64,000 nt of DNA from Camelus dromedarius (taxonomy: Eukaryota), in contig NC_087458.1 in the NCBI RefSeq assembly GCF_036321535.1, positions 4,278,001 through 4,342,000 on the forward strand, in the 5' to 3' direction. The translations under genes and the position numbers were made by a program. A model generated the notes under the pieces. It was not told where the DNA came from. It made no database searches and worked only from the letters and a program-made list of their open reading frames with translations. Position 1 is the stretch's first letter. Each line of letters starts with the position of its first letter. Positions 13,952-26,588 of the stretch are shown here, piece by piece.

Positions 13952-16900
13952 TTTAACTGTGGTAAATAATAACAGCCTTGTTTTTTTTTGCTAGTGACTT
14001 ATTGTCACATATATTTCAACCTCCACAAGAGACATATCTAGGAATTGCTTGTTCCTTGTTTATTTCATTTGTGAATTCTTATGTCAGCATTTGGCTGAGT
14101 GATGAGAAAAGCATGAACTAAACAGGAAAATTAGGGTATAAGCTATCACTGACTCTTGCTCTTACAAAGTCATTAGATAGACACAGACTCTTTTCTAGAG
14201 GTCAAGCACTGTGTTCTACTCAGACCATTTGGCTCCCTGAGTATTTTATGAAAGAATTAGAATAAAATAGGGATATCATTACTGTCTCCACTCTCATCTC
14301 CATTCCCATAGTCATCATCTAAAAGCTGTGATTAGGATAGTTTGCAATGATGAAAAAATCCACATTTTGGGGGAAAAATCTTCTGAAATTTAAATTTAAA
14401 TCAGTTAGGTTAGCTAATCATATCAGAAAAGGATTCCTTACTCTGTGGAAGGATTTATTATAACGAGTGTTAAATACTTAAGTTCATTAAGTGTTTTTAA
14501 ATATTTTACAGAGAATTGACTTTTTGATGGAAGAAAGACTGGAAAGAATCTTTAAGCATAGGTAGTGGGAAAAGTTAAAAATTAAGAATACATTTAAAAA
14601 GAAGATAAGTGTATCAGTCACATTTCAGTCAGGAGGCAGAACTACATGGTGACTTGTATAATTTTATCATACATATATAACTTCTAAATATATAATTTAT
14701 TAACTTATAAACTTAATTTATAAAGAATTGTTAGTAACAGTGGATTAACAACTAGGAGGTGAGGAGAACTCTAAAGAATACAGGAATAGCCAGTATGGGG
14801 AGCTACTTCTATATGACAGAACTTAATCTCATGCCAGGTGACAAGAAATAGTTATGGGGTCCAGCTTTAGTACTGCAAGGCAAAGCAAAGAAGGGCAGAT
14901 TTGGAGCCAAGGACAGTAAATTCACAACTGGCACAATAAGTATCTCTGAAATTATAGTGAAAGACTTAGAGAAGTGCAATTCATTTTATAAGTTTGATTT
15001 ACACAGAACTGTTGAGTAATACTTTCTGTTCATAAAGTTAGGTGTGCCTGTTGCCAGATCTAATGCACTTCCCTGTTGGAACTTAGCTGCAAGGATATCA
15101 CAATACAAGATTTTTTAAAGCACATCATGACATAACTAAAGTAGATAATTATTTTTTTAGGATTAATTGTACTACCCTTTGACAGTCAGCATGTGAAACT
15201 TAAGGTTTTTAATGTCCTCGCACTAGAGGTCAGTCCTGGTCTTCTCACCTCTCTAGCTGACGCACAGAGGTAGCATGGCTGAGTAAAGCCCGGGAGGAAC
15301 CTGTTCCCGCGCCGCTGCTTGGCTCTTGGCTGGCATGACGTGCTTTGTATGCTTCCTGCCTGCTGCCTTACTGCCTGCTGCCGGGGAGAGCTCTGCACCG
15401 CCAGCCTAGGGAGTGGGTGGCACTCTTGGTCTGCTCAGCACAGGCAGTGCCAAGAGAACGATCAAGTGAGGGGAATGTAGTGGCCCTATACCAAGCATAT
15501 TACCTTAAACCCTTTTAAAGGGAGAACTTAGAAGAGTTTTAGCACCATGATAATTGGTTTATATTAGTTTATGTTAGCGAGCAAGATTAAGGACATCAGA
15601 GTGAAAAGCTACAGTTTTGATTTAGTAAGCCATTCTTAGTTCATCTCCATTTATTCTCTCCTCCAGACCTCATTTGCCTTTTTTACCAAAATAGGTGCTC
15701 CCTATGCCTCCTCAACAGCACTCTTCTCAAATTCTACCGCCTCAGTGCTGGCCACCCTTGCAGCTCTAGCTGACGCATCAGCCCCCCTCTCCAGCTCACA
15801 CAGAGCCGCAGGTAGGTGAGGGATATCTGCTGGGTGAATCACTATTTCTTTGTTTGTTTTTAAATCTCCAGCAGATTTAATTTGCATGAAATGTTAAAGA
15901 ATTATGGTTAGAGACAGCTAGGAAAAAGGGTTGTAGAATCATTGAGCTTCAGAAAGAAAAAAAAAATCCCAAGTGATGTAATCAGCCAGCTGAACAATGT
16001 CAGAGAATGACTGTTATCCCTTTGTATTTTTACAGCTTCAAGTTTGTTTGCCTTGACTCCAGTTGCATCAGATTGAAATGTTTAGTCTTATATTAGCAGA
16101 GGTTTGGAAATGCTCTGTGTTATGTTTTGACTGATGCTATCATAGAATAATTGAAAGTAGAGGCCTAGATGTCTTGTGTTAAAGCATCGAAACACGTGGG
16201 GCTGCTGTCACTCTCGTTTGGTTATATCCTGTGTAGCTCAGGTTGGCTTGCTTTTATTTTCAATGGACATGTTATTTTGGCATTTCCAGTGGCTTTCCAC
16301 AGATATATTCTGTATAGTGCCCTTTTGATTTTAAATCAGAAAGGTTTCAGGTCACTTAGCCAGAGCTAGTGGCTTATAGGGAAAAGGCTTAAGGCTGCTG
16401 CTTTTTTTTTTCTTTTTTTTTTGGCTTGAGGCTTCTTATAGGTAGGAGCAGATAGTCATAGGTAGGGCTAAACAGTCATCTAGGAATCTTTCTGTAACCC
16501 TCTGGCAGTGTGCTCCATCAGAAATGAAAGCAGATTGTTGATTTCTTTCTGCCATTGATACCTGAGCGGTGAGAATATTCCTCCAATCCTGTTTTTCCGA
16601 CTGGAGGTAGTCGTAAAGATCTCTGCTCAGATGTGTGTGAGTGAGCAGCATGGCAGAGGGAAAAGCAATGTATTAAACTTCTGCTTGTTACTCTTGATTC
16701 GCTCTTTGACGTTGGGTAAATCTCTTAACTTCTCCAGGTCTCAGTCTCCTCGTCTCTGGCGTGGTAGTTGGACTAGATTATCTATCAGGGTCCTTTCAGC
16801 TGTAAATCTGACTGTTCTTTGTTTCTGAGAGGTGTGAGTACTCTTTTTCCATTAAACTGCCTGAATGTGCCTCATATGGATAGTCCCTACCTCACTTGTT

Positions 16901-19900
16901 GCCAGTTTCTACTAGGGACTCTAGATACAGAAATCCCAAAGTGCCAGGGGCTGGTCCCCCTGGTAGTTGTTGGAGATATTGACTAACTAGACTGAAAATC
17001 TGTCTTCAATATAGTGTGCGCACAGCTCTCAGAAAGGCGCCTGCGCACAGTGAGCAGTCAGCCTTAGCTGCTGTTCCTGTTACTGTTGATCTGTCAGGTG
17101 GGAGAAGCCACCTACTGTTGTTGACCATCAAACTCCAGTGCTTTGACTTCTTGACATATAATTTTATTAATTCACTCTTAAATGCCTTTATTTCTTGTAG
17201 AAATAGATCTTCTCTAATTTATAATTATTTTTCTAGGCTCCACAGATTTATTTGGACTTTGAAGATACTTCCTGAAAAAGGAGTTCCAAGATCAAATATG
17301 TTGGGGAAATTCAGCATATCTTATTCCCTATTAGAGAATCACAATGTTCATTGTGATTATTGGGGTCTCTGATACTTCCTACAAAACAAACAAACACAAA
17401 AATTTAAGCATATTTAAACCAGTGTTTTGAAAATGTATTTGTACATAGAATCCATCTTTAGTGAAAGCTAATATGTCAATGAAGAAATTTTAGTAAATAC
17501 TGTTCTGACGCATTCCCTGTTTTATTTTTTCCTCTGACTTAGCATTATTTACAAGAGCTTTTGTGAACAATTAAAGCTACATTTTTTTTTCAAGTTTTCC
17601 TAGCCCTGGTATCAATTTCAAGGAGGCTGAAATGACTATACTCCTGTTTCTAAAGTGAAATTTTATATTTACTTCTGTCTTCTCTAGCTAATTCTGAGGA
17701 AATCATGGAGGGAAATTCTGTTGACTCATCAATCCAGCAAGTGGTGGGGAGTGGAGGCCAGAGGGTCATCACCATAGTGACCGATGGAGTCCCTCTGGGT
17801 AATATCCAAACTGCAATCCCTACTGGGAACATTGGTCAGCCATTTATTGTAACTATGCAAGATGGACAGCAAGGTGAGTTACCCTGTTTAGACACTTGTT
17901 TATTAAAAGATATTTTAGACATCCAACACACCTCTAAAAATTTGGCATTAGGGCAAGTAATAGGAATGGGAGAATGCCAGATGCCAGATGCCAGATGGGG
18001 CAAAGAAGCTCTGAAAAAGAAACAGAAACCAAGCTGGCAAAGGCTGATTCCCCTAATGTATATAAAATCTGTGAGTAACACCAATAACACTAGTAGAAAA
18101 AAGAGCAAATAATGTGAACCAATAGTTCACAGAAAAGAAAATACTGATGGCTTTTAAAAATAGGAAAATACATTCAACTTATTTCATTCATAGCAAGAGA
18201 AATACAAATAATAAATACTACACTGAGATACCATGAAAACACTGTTTTGTCAAAGGTATGGGGAAACAGGCACTCTTACAAGTCACTGGTGAGAATGTAA
18301 ATTAATGCAGTCTCTGAAGAGCAAATTGTCAGTATTAAAGATGCACATACCTTTTGGCTAAAAAGTTATTTTTCTATGAATTTATGTTCGCACACAGAAA
18401 TGATATACATACTAAATTATTCATTACAGTATTATTTGTAATCATCAAAGATTAAAAAGAACTCAGTAGAAGTCATTAAGGAACTGGATAAATAAACTAT
18501 GGTACACCCTTGCAACAGAATACTATGCAGCTATTAAAAATAAGAAAGTTTCCTATACACTATTATGGTCTGACCTCCATATTAAGTGACAAGAGCAAGA
18601 TTGAGGAGGTGTGTAGAATATGCTACATTTATATTTTTAAAAAGGGGGAAATATGTGTATATTTGCTAATCTATTCATAGACTGTCTCTGGACGCACATT
18701 CAGAAATAACATTGATACAATTTTTCCCTTCTGGCAGGGCACCTGGGTTGCTGGGGATGGATGAGAAGCTTTTCAATATATTTGCTTTTATAACTTTAAT
18801 TTTTGAACCATGTGAATGTATTACTTACTCAGAAAATACATAAGTAAATTTTTTTTGAAAACAAAGAAACTAATCATTACAACTTTATTCCTCAAAAATA
18901 CTGGAGGTTGAAAGAGGAGGGTTGGTATAGTTGCCTTTTTTTTTTAATTAAAAAAGTTTTTTTTATTGAGGTATAGTCAGTTTACAATGTTGTGTCAAGT
19001 TCTGGTGTACAGCACAATTCTTCAGTCATACATAAATATACATATATTCATTTTTCTTTTTTCACCATTAGCTACTATAAGATATTGAATATATTTCCCT
19101 GTACTATACAGTATAAACTTGTTTATCTATTTTATATATACCAATCAGTATCTGCAAGGTATAGTTGCCTTTTGTGTTACCAAAATTTTGACTTGGCCTA
19201 AATAATTATGGGGATTTCATAATTTTCAAATTATTTGAATTGATGGATCTTTGGCAGTATGGGAAGGAAGAATAGGAATTAAATCTAAGCTTTGATATCA
19301 TAAGTTCTTATTAGTTTTATTTGGAAATATACTACTGATGTTTTTGTGAACATGATTATCATTTAAAGTTTTGGGGGGCTCATTGGGTAAGTGAGAGACT
19401 GCTTATAACAGAGTTAAGTAAATAGGAATGGAGTTGTTTTAAGGAAAAAAATAAAATTTGAGGTTTTGCCTAGATAAACTGGACTACTTCTTACAAATGT
19501 GTTTAATCAGGCCCAAAGAAGGAAAGCTGAGACTTTAAATTTGAGATAGTCACAGATTTATTCTTGTACAATTGTAAGAAATAATACAGAGAGATCCCAT
19601 GTGCCCATCACCCAGTTTCCCCCAAGGTAACACTTTGCATAACTCTAGTATAGTTATCACAGACAGGAAATTGACCTTGATATAATCCACCAGCCTTATT
19701 GAGATTTTTTTTTCCAATTTTATATGTGTTCATTTATGAGTCTGTGTTCTGTGCAGTTTAGTAAGTTTGTAGATTTGTATGAGCGCTGTCAGTCAAGACA
19801 CAAAACAGCTCCACCACAAGGGTCCCTTGTGCTGCTCTTGTGTGTCCTCAGCCACTTTCCTTCCCACCACATTCCAAACCACTGGCAACCACTGACTCAT

Positions 19901-21456
19901 CTGTTCTCTATCTCTATACTTTTGTCATTTCAAGAGTGTTATATAAATGGAATCATGCAGTATATAGTCTTTTGAGACTGGCTGTTTTCTCTCAGCATAA
20001 TTCCCTTTAAGGACCATCCAAATTGATGTTTGTGTCAGTAATTCATTTCCTTTTATTGCTGAGCAGTATTCCATGGTATAGATATACCATAGTTTGTTTA
20101 ATCATTTACCCACTGAAGGACATTGTTTCCAGGTTTTGGCTATATATGAATAAAGCTGTTTTGATCAATCATGTCCAGGTTTTATGGGAACATGAATGTT
20201 CAGTTTTCTGAGATAGCTATCCAGAAGTACAATTGCTGTGTCANNNNNNNNNNNNNNNNNNNNNNNNNNNNNNNNNNNNNNNNNNNNNNNNNNNNNNNNN
20301 NNNNNNNNNNNNNNNNNNNNNNNNNNNNNNNNNNNNNNNNNNNNNNNNNNNNNNNNNNNNNNNNNNNNNNNNNNNNNNNNNNNNNNNNNNNNNNNNNNNN
20401 NNNNNNNNNNNNNTCATGTGTGTTAGGTGCATACGTGTGTTAACCCTTTCTCACTTATCTATGAGAATAAAAATAATTAAATTAGATACAGTTAATGGCA
20501 AACTGCTTTCATGAAAGGTTTCTCAAACTTCTTATTTAAGATATTAGGGCTACTTTAGACAAGTTATTCCTGCAGAGTTGTAAGCTAAGTGGTCACAGCT
20601 TCTGATCTACAGTCAGACATCTTTATATAAAAGCCTTAGACCTAGGTCTTAACTGCATGGCTTCCAAACTCACAAGTTTTCACCCTTCCTTTCTGAGCTC
20701 TTCTCAGTGCCTCTCTAACCCTTTCTGTTTCCGTAAAGCCATGCCTTACCTATTGATTCTAAAATCCAAAGAGATATGAACAGTAAGAGATCAGAAAATA
20801 AATTTTAGTTTATTTTCTAATTCAAAGTAAGCAAAAATTCTTTGCTTTACTGTGTATTCATCACCTCCAATTGGTGTCCTTTGGCTTATAGTTCTAACTG
20901 TACCTGCTGGTCAGGTTGCAGAGGAGACTGTCATTGAAGAAGAGGCAGAAGAAACAGAGAAATTGCCACTGACCAAGAAACCAAGGGTAGAAGAGATGAC
21001 AAACAGCGTGGTGGAGGAAAGCAAGGTAATGTTTTTAGCAGTGTCGAGAGAAGAGAAGGCAAAGACTCAAAAGTCAGAACTGTCAAGGTCCGAACCCTTC
21101 TTTATCTGCGTAATCTGTGATCAGGAATTCTTACCTGTGGTGGTTGACTTTTACAGGAAGGCACTGAGAGAGAGCTACTTCAGCAGCAGCTCCAGGAGGC
21201 TAACCGAAGAGCCCAGGAATACCGACACCAGCTCCTAAAGAAAGAGCAGGAGGCAGAACAGTACCGCCTCCAGCTGGAGGCCATGGCCCGACAGCAGCCC
21301 AATGGAGTTGATGGCACCGTGGTTGAAGCGGTGGCTGAAGCAGGCGCTGTAGCAGTCACAGGGAGGGAGACAGCGGACAGAGAGGCACAAGTGACTGGGG
21401 CGGGAGGGCCCCCAGAGCCTCATACTGGAGTTTCCATGGAAACTGTTTCATCTTAA
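6815..21456 (+). CDS. GABPB2: GA-binding protein beta 2 (N-terminal ankyrin repeats, C-terminal leucine zipper), 448 aa
   Basis: Coding exons 6815-6922, 8331-8498, 9052-9246, 11196-11334, 15695-15811, 17688-17873, 20892-21025 and 21157-21456 total 1347 nt. All introns are GT-AG with consistent phases. Protein runs [36 protein letters not shown]...[32 protein letters not shown]...VSMETVSS*. Confidence 0.96.
9640..10360 (-). mobile_element. L2 LINE fragment
   Basis: Purine-rich degenerate sequence with typical reverse-strand L2 motifs (gaagcttttaaatagaggattgatgtgattagg). Confidence 0.55.
12068..12265 (+). mobile_element. MIR SINE
   Basis: MIR core tttgaccttgggaaaactactta...ccttatatttaaaattgggacataataatac...gaggttgttatgaga. 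Confidence 0.7.
13290..13400 (+). mobile_element. MIR SINE fragment
   Basis: ttctaatctgggctcc...gctgcgtgaccttgggcaaagtagttaatttttctgcatctagtttt. Confidence 0.6.
13906..13949 (+). repeat. (GT)22 microsatellite in GABPB2 intron 5
   Basis: Uninterrupted GT run of 44 nt. Confidence 0.95.
16690..16830 (+). mobile_element. MIR-family SINE fragment
   Basis: ttgggtaaatctcttaacttctccaggtctcagtctcctc...ttggactagattatctatcagggtcctttcagct. Confidence 0.55.
18090..18860 (+). mobile_element. Old L1 (L1M-type) 3' fragment
   Basis: L1 3' motifs ggggaaacaggcactct..actggtgagaatgtaaatta and ggataaataaactatggtac...cagaatactatgcagctattaaaaa. Confidence 0.65.
18940..19160 (-). mobile_element. Younger L1 3' end with poly(A) tail (poly-T on +)
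   Basis: tttttattgaggtatagtcagtttacaatgttgtgtcaagttctggtgtacagcac is a well-preserved L1 3' terminus in reverse. Confidence 0.7.
19560..20243 (-). mobile_element. L1M-type 3' fragment
   Basis: aagaaataatacagagagatccc...cccagtttcccc, tataaatggaatcatgcagtatatagtcttttgagactggct and tttccaggttttggctatatatgaataaagctg. Confidence 0.7.
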
Positions 21457-24400
21457 TGTGCAAGGGCCACAACTTGTACTGTGCCATCTTTTTCCTCTTT
21501 TTAAAAGAAAATACAAGGACAAACATTTCATAAAAATTAAGAATGTCCTAAAGAAGAAAACTATCGCAGGGTACAATGCTTGGGCTCAGGAAGGCTCTCT
21601 ATGCAACTGGAAAATTCAAAGCCAAATTTAGGAAACATATCTTCTGAGTGACCAAAAGGAAAAGGACCAAGTTTCTCAGCTCACATCATTGCTTTAAGCA
21701 TAGAGCTGAAAGAATGCTGGACGTTGTGGATTGATTGTTTTTTAAAAAACTGACTTTCTATCAAAAGATTTTAAAATAATATTCCTAATACGGACACACT
21801 CAGAGCCTTTAATGGTTGCACCATCAAGCGACCTGAAAAGTTGCCTTAGATTTATGATGTGTACCCGTTAAAGAAGAAATCTAACTGAAAAAAAAAAGAA
21901 AGAAAGAAAACTAATGGAGAGGAGAGATTAGAAGCAAGCTTTGGGGAAAAGAAAGAACTATATTCCACTTCCAAAGGAGAAGGCAGGCACTCCCCACTAT
22001 TCTGGGTTAATTTCACTGAAAAGAAATTTGTGATTGTCTGAATGAATTTGCATCCATTGTGTGTCCGTAGCTCAGATGCCAGTTTAAAAGAAACAGACAT
22101 AGAATTTTTAAAAACTGGAAAGGAAAGAAAACTTGATGTGGGAGAAGTGTATATAAATCCAAAATCCTGCAGGCTGTGCTTCTACAATGCTGGAGAGTGG
22201 CCAGAACGAGGCTTGTGGGGTTAGGAAGCAATCTGGTCTCAAGATACCAACTTTGCTGGCTGGATTTTATAAAATCGCAATCAAGAGGGTAGTCTGTTGT
22301 TAGAACAGCTTGCTTCCAAACATTTATTTATGTAGTATCAGGCTTTAATACCAACTTTTTATTTTATAAACATCTGAGTTTTCTAAGTGTGCCTTTCTGT
22401 GGAGTTTACATGGTATCCTCTCATATGCAAGGAGAGGAGAGGTGAATGCTGAGGATGCTGTGTAGTTTTTTTCCATCTGATTTGGGATGAGTAATTGCTC
22501 TGTTTCCTTGAGGTCAGGTCTTGTGCAGAGCTTTTGTGCCTTAAAGGTGCTCAGTGTGTTGGCAAAGGGAGTAACATCAGTGCCATAAAGCAAGGAACCA
22601 AAGATTCTGGCCAGACACTTCATCACCTTACTCCCTTCTCTCCCACTATGCCAGCTCCCTTTGCCTAGACACTTTGGGAAAGTGTTCCATTGCTGAGACT
22701 TTTTTGTTTGCCAGCTTAGAGTTTTTTATTTTAAAGAAAGGGAATATGGATGGAGAGAGAAGGGTTGTGGAGAGGTTACATTACAAAGGTTATTGCCTTT
22801 GAAATTGTGTCCTCATCATCCTGGACTTGCATGTTTGCTTGCTTTGTTGTAAATTAGAAGCAACCAGAGGGAGATGTGCCAAGTAAACATTTGAATGACT
22901 GTTTAGAATACTCTTTTCTTAATCAGCAATCATGGGGAAAACATACATTTTTAATTTGGAATAAAACTTGACAGTTAACATGGTTCTGTTTACCTTGATT
23001 AGTGAAGGAATTTGCTGCAGTTTTCCAGAGGTGCAGAATCATTTGGGGCCCAAAATAGACTGAAAACAGAACTCCCCAAACCAAATTTAACAAACAGAAT
23101 TGGCTATTAGAGGCTTATAGGCAAAAATATCAGTTTCTAAAATTAATCTTGGCTCCTGGCCACCTTAGCTAGGTTTTCTCAAGTACTGAGCACTTCCCAG
23201 ATTACTCTGCGCTGTAGGGGATGATGGAGAAGTGCAGAGGGCCAGCCTAGGTAAGAGTGAGAGTAAAATTGTGGTATCTGCTGTTAAATCATCCTGTTAC
23301 TGTTCGCAGTGTTTTTCCTTTTCTGAGTCCCTTTGTGAATCAGGTGCTGACAATAAGCTGCTATTGTGTGCCATTTCAGAGCTTTAGCTTAACTATAGAG
23401 GGACCAGGTGTCTTTTTAGATGTATTTTGTGTGTTCTTGGTGTATATATTGACTTTAATTCCTTCTTTTTTTCTGTCCTGTAAAGAGGGTGGAGATTAAC
23501 TCTGCAGAAGATATCCAGGCCCAACCACCTCACCCTCTGAGGTAGCTTCTGACTGGTGGCAGGGGGTTTCCATCCAACACTCCCTTCTGAGCATACAGAG
23601 TCCATACTGTTTTGGAACTATTTAGAGGTTTTCTTTATTCTTTTTCTGTAAGAGACTCTCTTTCTCACCCCCAAAATACAGCCCAAGTTACTTTTGATGA
23701 TGGGGTCTCTGAGATAGGGGGTTAAAAGAGAGGTTGGGATAGGGAGAGAAAGAAGGAACGTGTCTGGAAAGGGCTCGGTAGCAAAAAGGCATTTGTTTTT
23801 GTTTACTTGGAATAGCCCTTTTCGCATCCCAGAGAAGGGAAGTAGGATTTGACCTCCAGTTGTATTGCCATAGAGAGAATGTTAGGTCGGGGTCCCTTGA
23901 AGTAGTTAGAAGTTAAATATTAAAGACATTAATGGCAGTACTGTTCTGTGATTTTGCAATTTTTTTGAATCAACATGGAAGTTGGGAAAATGTTGCTAGA
24001 TCGTCCGGGTTAGGGGATTCCAACTGGCTTATTAGCAAGGTTGGATTACAGAGAATCAAATAACAGACAAGTGGTTCAGAGGTGGTACTTGAGCAGGAGA
24101 AACCTGGAGCTTAGGATGGTTGCCTATTTTAAAATAAAGCTGCTTTAATAATATCAGTATTAATATAGGAATTTTAGATCCTGCATTTGCATTTTGATCT
24201 TAAGCTTTCCCCTAAAAAAGAGAAAGAAGTAAATCTTAATATTTCTGTTCTTGTTCCTAGCTTCAGGGAAGTTACTTACATATGTATAAATGTGCATTCC
24301 CTTCCTGTCACTACCTCTGTGGGATCTCTTCATTGTAATGCCAGAGTTGAGGTCTCCTAATTGAAATATGGGAGAACTTGGCTTTAGGTTTTCTGTGTTT

Positions 24401-26235
24401 TGAACTCAGCACCTTAAAAGATGTTCTTTTTCTCTGTCAGATCTGTGTTTCATAATTTTTGGCTTTGCTTCTCCCCCTTCAGCCTTCCTATTGCATTATT
24501 AAAATTTTTGTGTCTGCTCAGTAATGTTAGAAATCTACAGCGTACATTCTTTCTTTATATTGCTAAAAGAAATGAATTTACCAGAGGGCTCTCCAGTTGA
24601 AGTTAACTTATTTTGTGAAGAGGGCATTTTTACACCCCTTTGCTGTGTGTCTATTAGTGTGTGTGTTTATAAATACATACGGATTTTTCCACTTTTATCT
24701 TTGTTTATTTGGGGTTCAACTCTAAAGTACCTGGTAAAGCTGGAAATATTTTTATTTCATTAAACACATTAGAGAGGGTTTCTTTAGATTCATTAAAGGG
24801 ACTGAGGAAGAAAAAGCATTAGTTGGGCTCTTTTCTGAGAGGCATACTCAACAGGCACTAATGAGAAACCTGAGGAGTGAGGCCCTCGGGAGAGCCAGTA
24901 CCCAGCTTTGCAAAGATTTCTTTAACATATCATGTGATGACATCATGTAAATTGAAAGATTCAGGGTAGTGTCAGGGGTGGAGATAGAGCTGCCTTTCCA
25001 CAGAGTGAGCCTCCTTTCTGCTCCTATGGCAGCTGTTGTGACTGGCCTTTGTACAGTTTCTTACACCCCTGAACAGAAAAGAAACCCTAGGTAAAGGTCC
25101 ATGGCAGGAGCAGACATTCTGTACATTTACTTTCCCAGTTTAGATATCTCATCCTTTTAAGAAATTATTTTGCAAAAGCTTGCATGGCTCTTCCCTAACA
25201 AACAACAATATGGGCCTCCAGAGCTAGAAGATTTGAGGCGTATAGTGAACTCTTCCCAGAAGTTTAACATTGAATGGGAATTAGTTTTTGTCCAAATTTA
25301 TTGGTGAATGGCCTCCTATTTTCCACTCCTTGTGTAGACATCTCTGTATGGCCAGAAAGGGAGCTTTAGAATGGAAATCATATGAAAACTACCTATGTGC
25401 TGCTCTAGGCTCTTATCTATTTCCATTTTATGTGATATTTTCCCCTTCTGAGTTTGTAATCTGTTTCCTTTGCCAATGTATTTAACAAGAGACCAGGAGC
25501 AAGAAGGATGTGAATTCGAATTGAGTAGCTTTGAACCTCTGGTGCTGCCTTTTTTTTTTTAAGCCCCTCTAAGATTTGGGGGTGGGGTGATGTCCCTAGA
25601 CTCTAGACTCTACAGTAGCAATTTGGCTTGTTAATGGCAGGAAATTGTGATTCCCTCTCTCTCTCTCCTCCCCTTTCCCCTATAACTACTTCTGCTTCTG
25701 TGACCCCATTGTTCTTATCTCATTGAGTCTTTCCCAGGCATTAGAACTTAATTAGTAGGTCATTTCTAATATCTATGGGCCTTGTCTTTCCTATTTCCAC
25801 TCCCCTCCTTCGCTGCCATATATTTTCTGTTTATTCTTAAGTGGTTTGTTTCTGAGAATTAATCTAGGTCACACCCTGTATCCTGTGCTTCCTAGTTTGC
25901 TTTCAGGCATCTTGCTCTATCAACAAACTAATGCTAGCAGCTCCCTTCTCTGGTTTTGCCCTGTGTACTGTCCTTCTGCCAAGGCCATTTGTGGGAACAG
26001 AGAGAGGGTAGGTGGGGTGCCTAGACTCTTCTCAAAACATCTTCAGTTTTTCAGGTTTTCAGACAGCTTTATGTACAGTATGTTTTAGGAAAACTTAAGT
26101 ATACTTCTCTTTTATTTAGGATTTTAATAAAATAGGGTTTGATTCTGATGAGGAAGTCCGTGTGTGCGAGCATTTGTATGTATGTACACCTATACAGATC
26201 TATATTATATATACAGGTTTTGTACTATCATTTAA

Positions 26236-26259
26236 AATAAAAAGATGTTTCTTAATAAA
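26236..26259 (+). terminator. GABPB2: Tandem AATAAA signals, probable GABPB2 3' end (about 4.8-kb 3'UTR)
   Basis: AATAAA at 26236-26241 and 26254-26259, with several upstream TGTA elements (26176-26225) and T-rich sequence downstream. Confidence 0.55.
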
Positions 26260-26444
26260 TTGTCAGTCTTACCATTTCAGGTGTCACTGAAATTTTTTCC
26301 ACCTCCTGGGCAACCTACTCTGGTCACAGATAAACCTCAACAGCAAGTCTCCCCACCAGCCCAGCTAATGAGGGCGGGGCAGCTGGAGGGTTTTGGTGGG
26401 GGCAGTTCTTCTAACTCATTCACACCCTCTGCCTTTTCCTTACC

Positions 26445-26588
26445 TGTTTTTTTTTTTGTTTGTTTGTTTGTTTTTTTGAGGGAGGAGACAATTAGGTGTG
26501 TTTGTTTGTTTGTTTGTTTTTTGGAGGAGGTACTGGGGACTGAACCCAGGACCTTGGCACTCTTCCACTGAGCTACACCCACCCCCCC
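26445..26588 (-). mobile_element. tRNA-Ala-derived camelid-type SINE with an internal deletion of about 14 nt and a (TTTG)n tail
   Basis: Reverse complement reads gggtgtagctcagtggaagagtgccaaggtcctgggttcagtccccagtacctcc followed by a tail; the anticodon arm is deleted. Confidence 0.8.

Noticed and set aside
15251-15264. 14-nt exact match (CTCTAGCTGACGCA) to GABPB2 exon 6 (15764-15777); possible pseudo- or micro-exon
   Set aside because: Several 14-mer repeats are expected by chance in 64 kb, the flanks do not align, the candidate donor (GTAGCA) is weak and a 13-nt exon would shift the frame.
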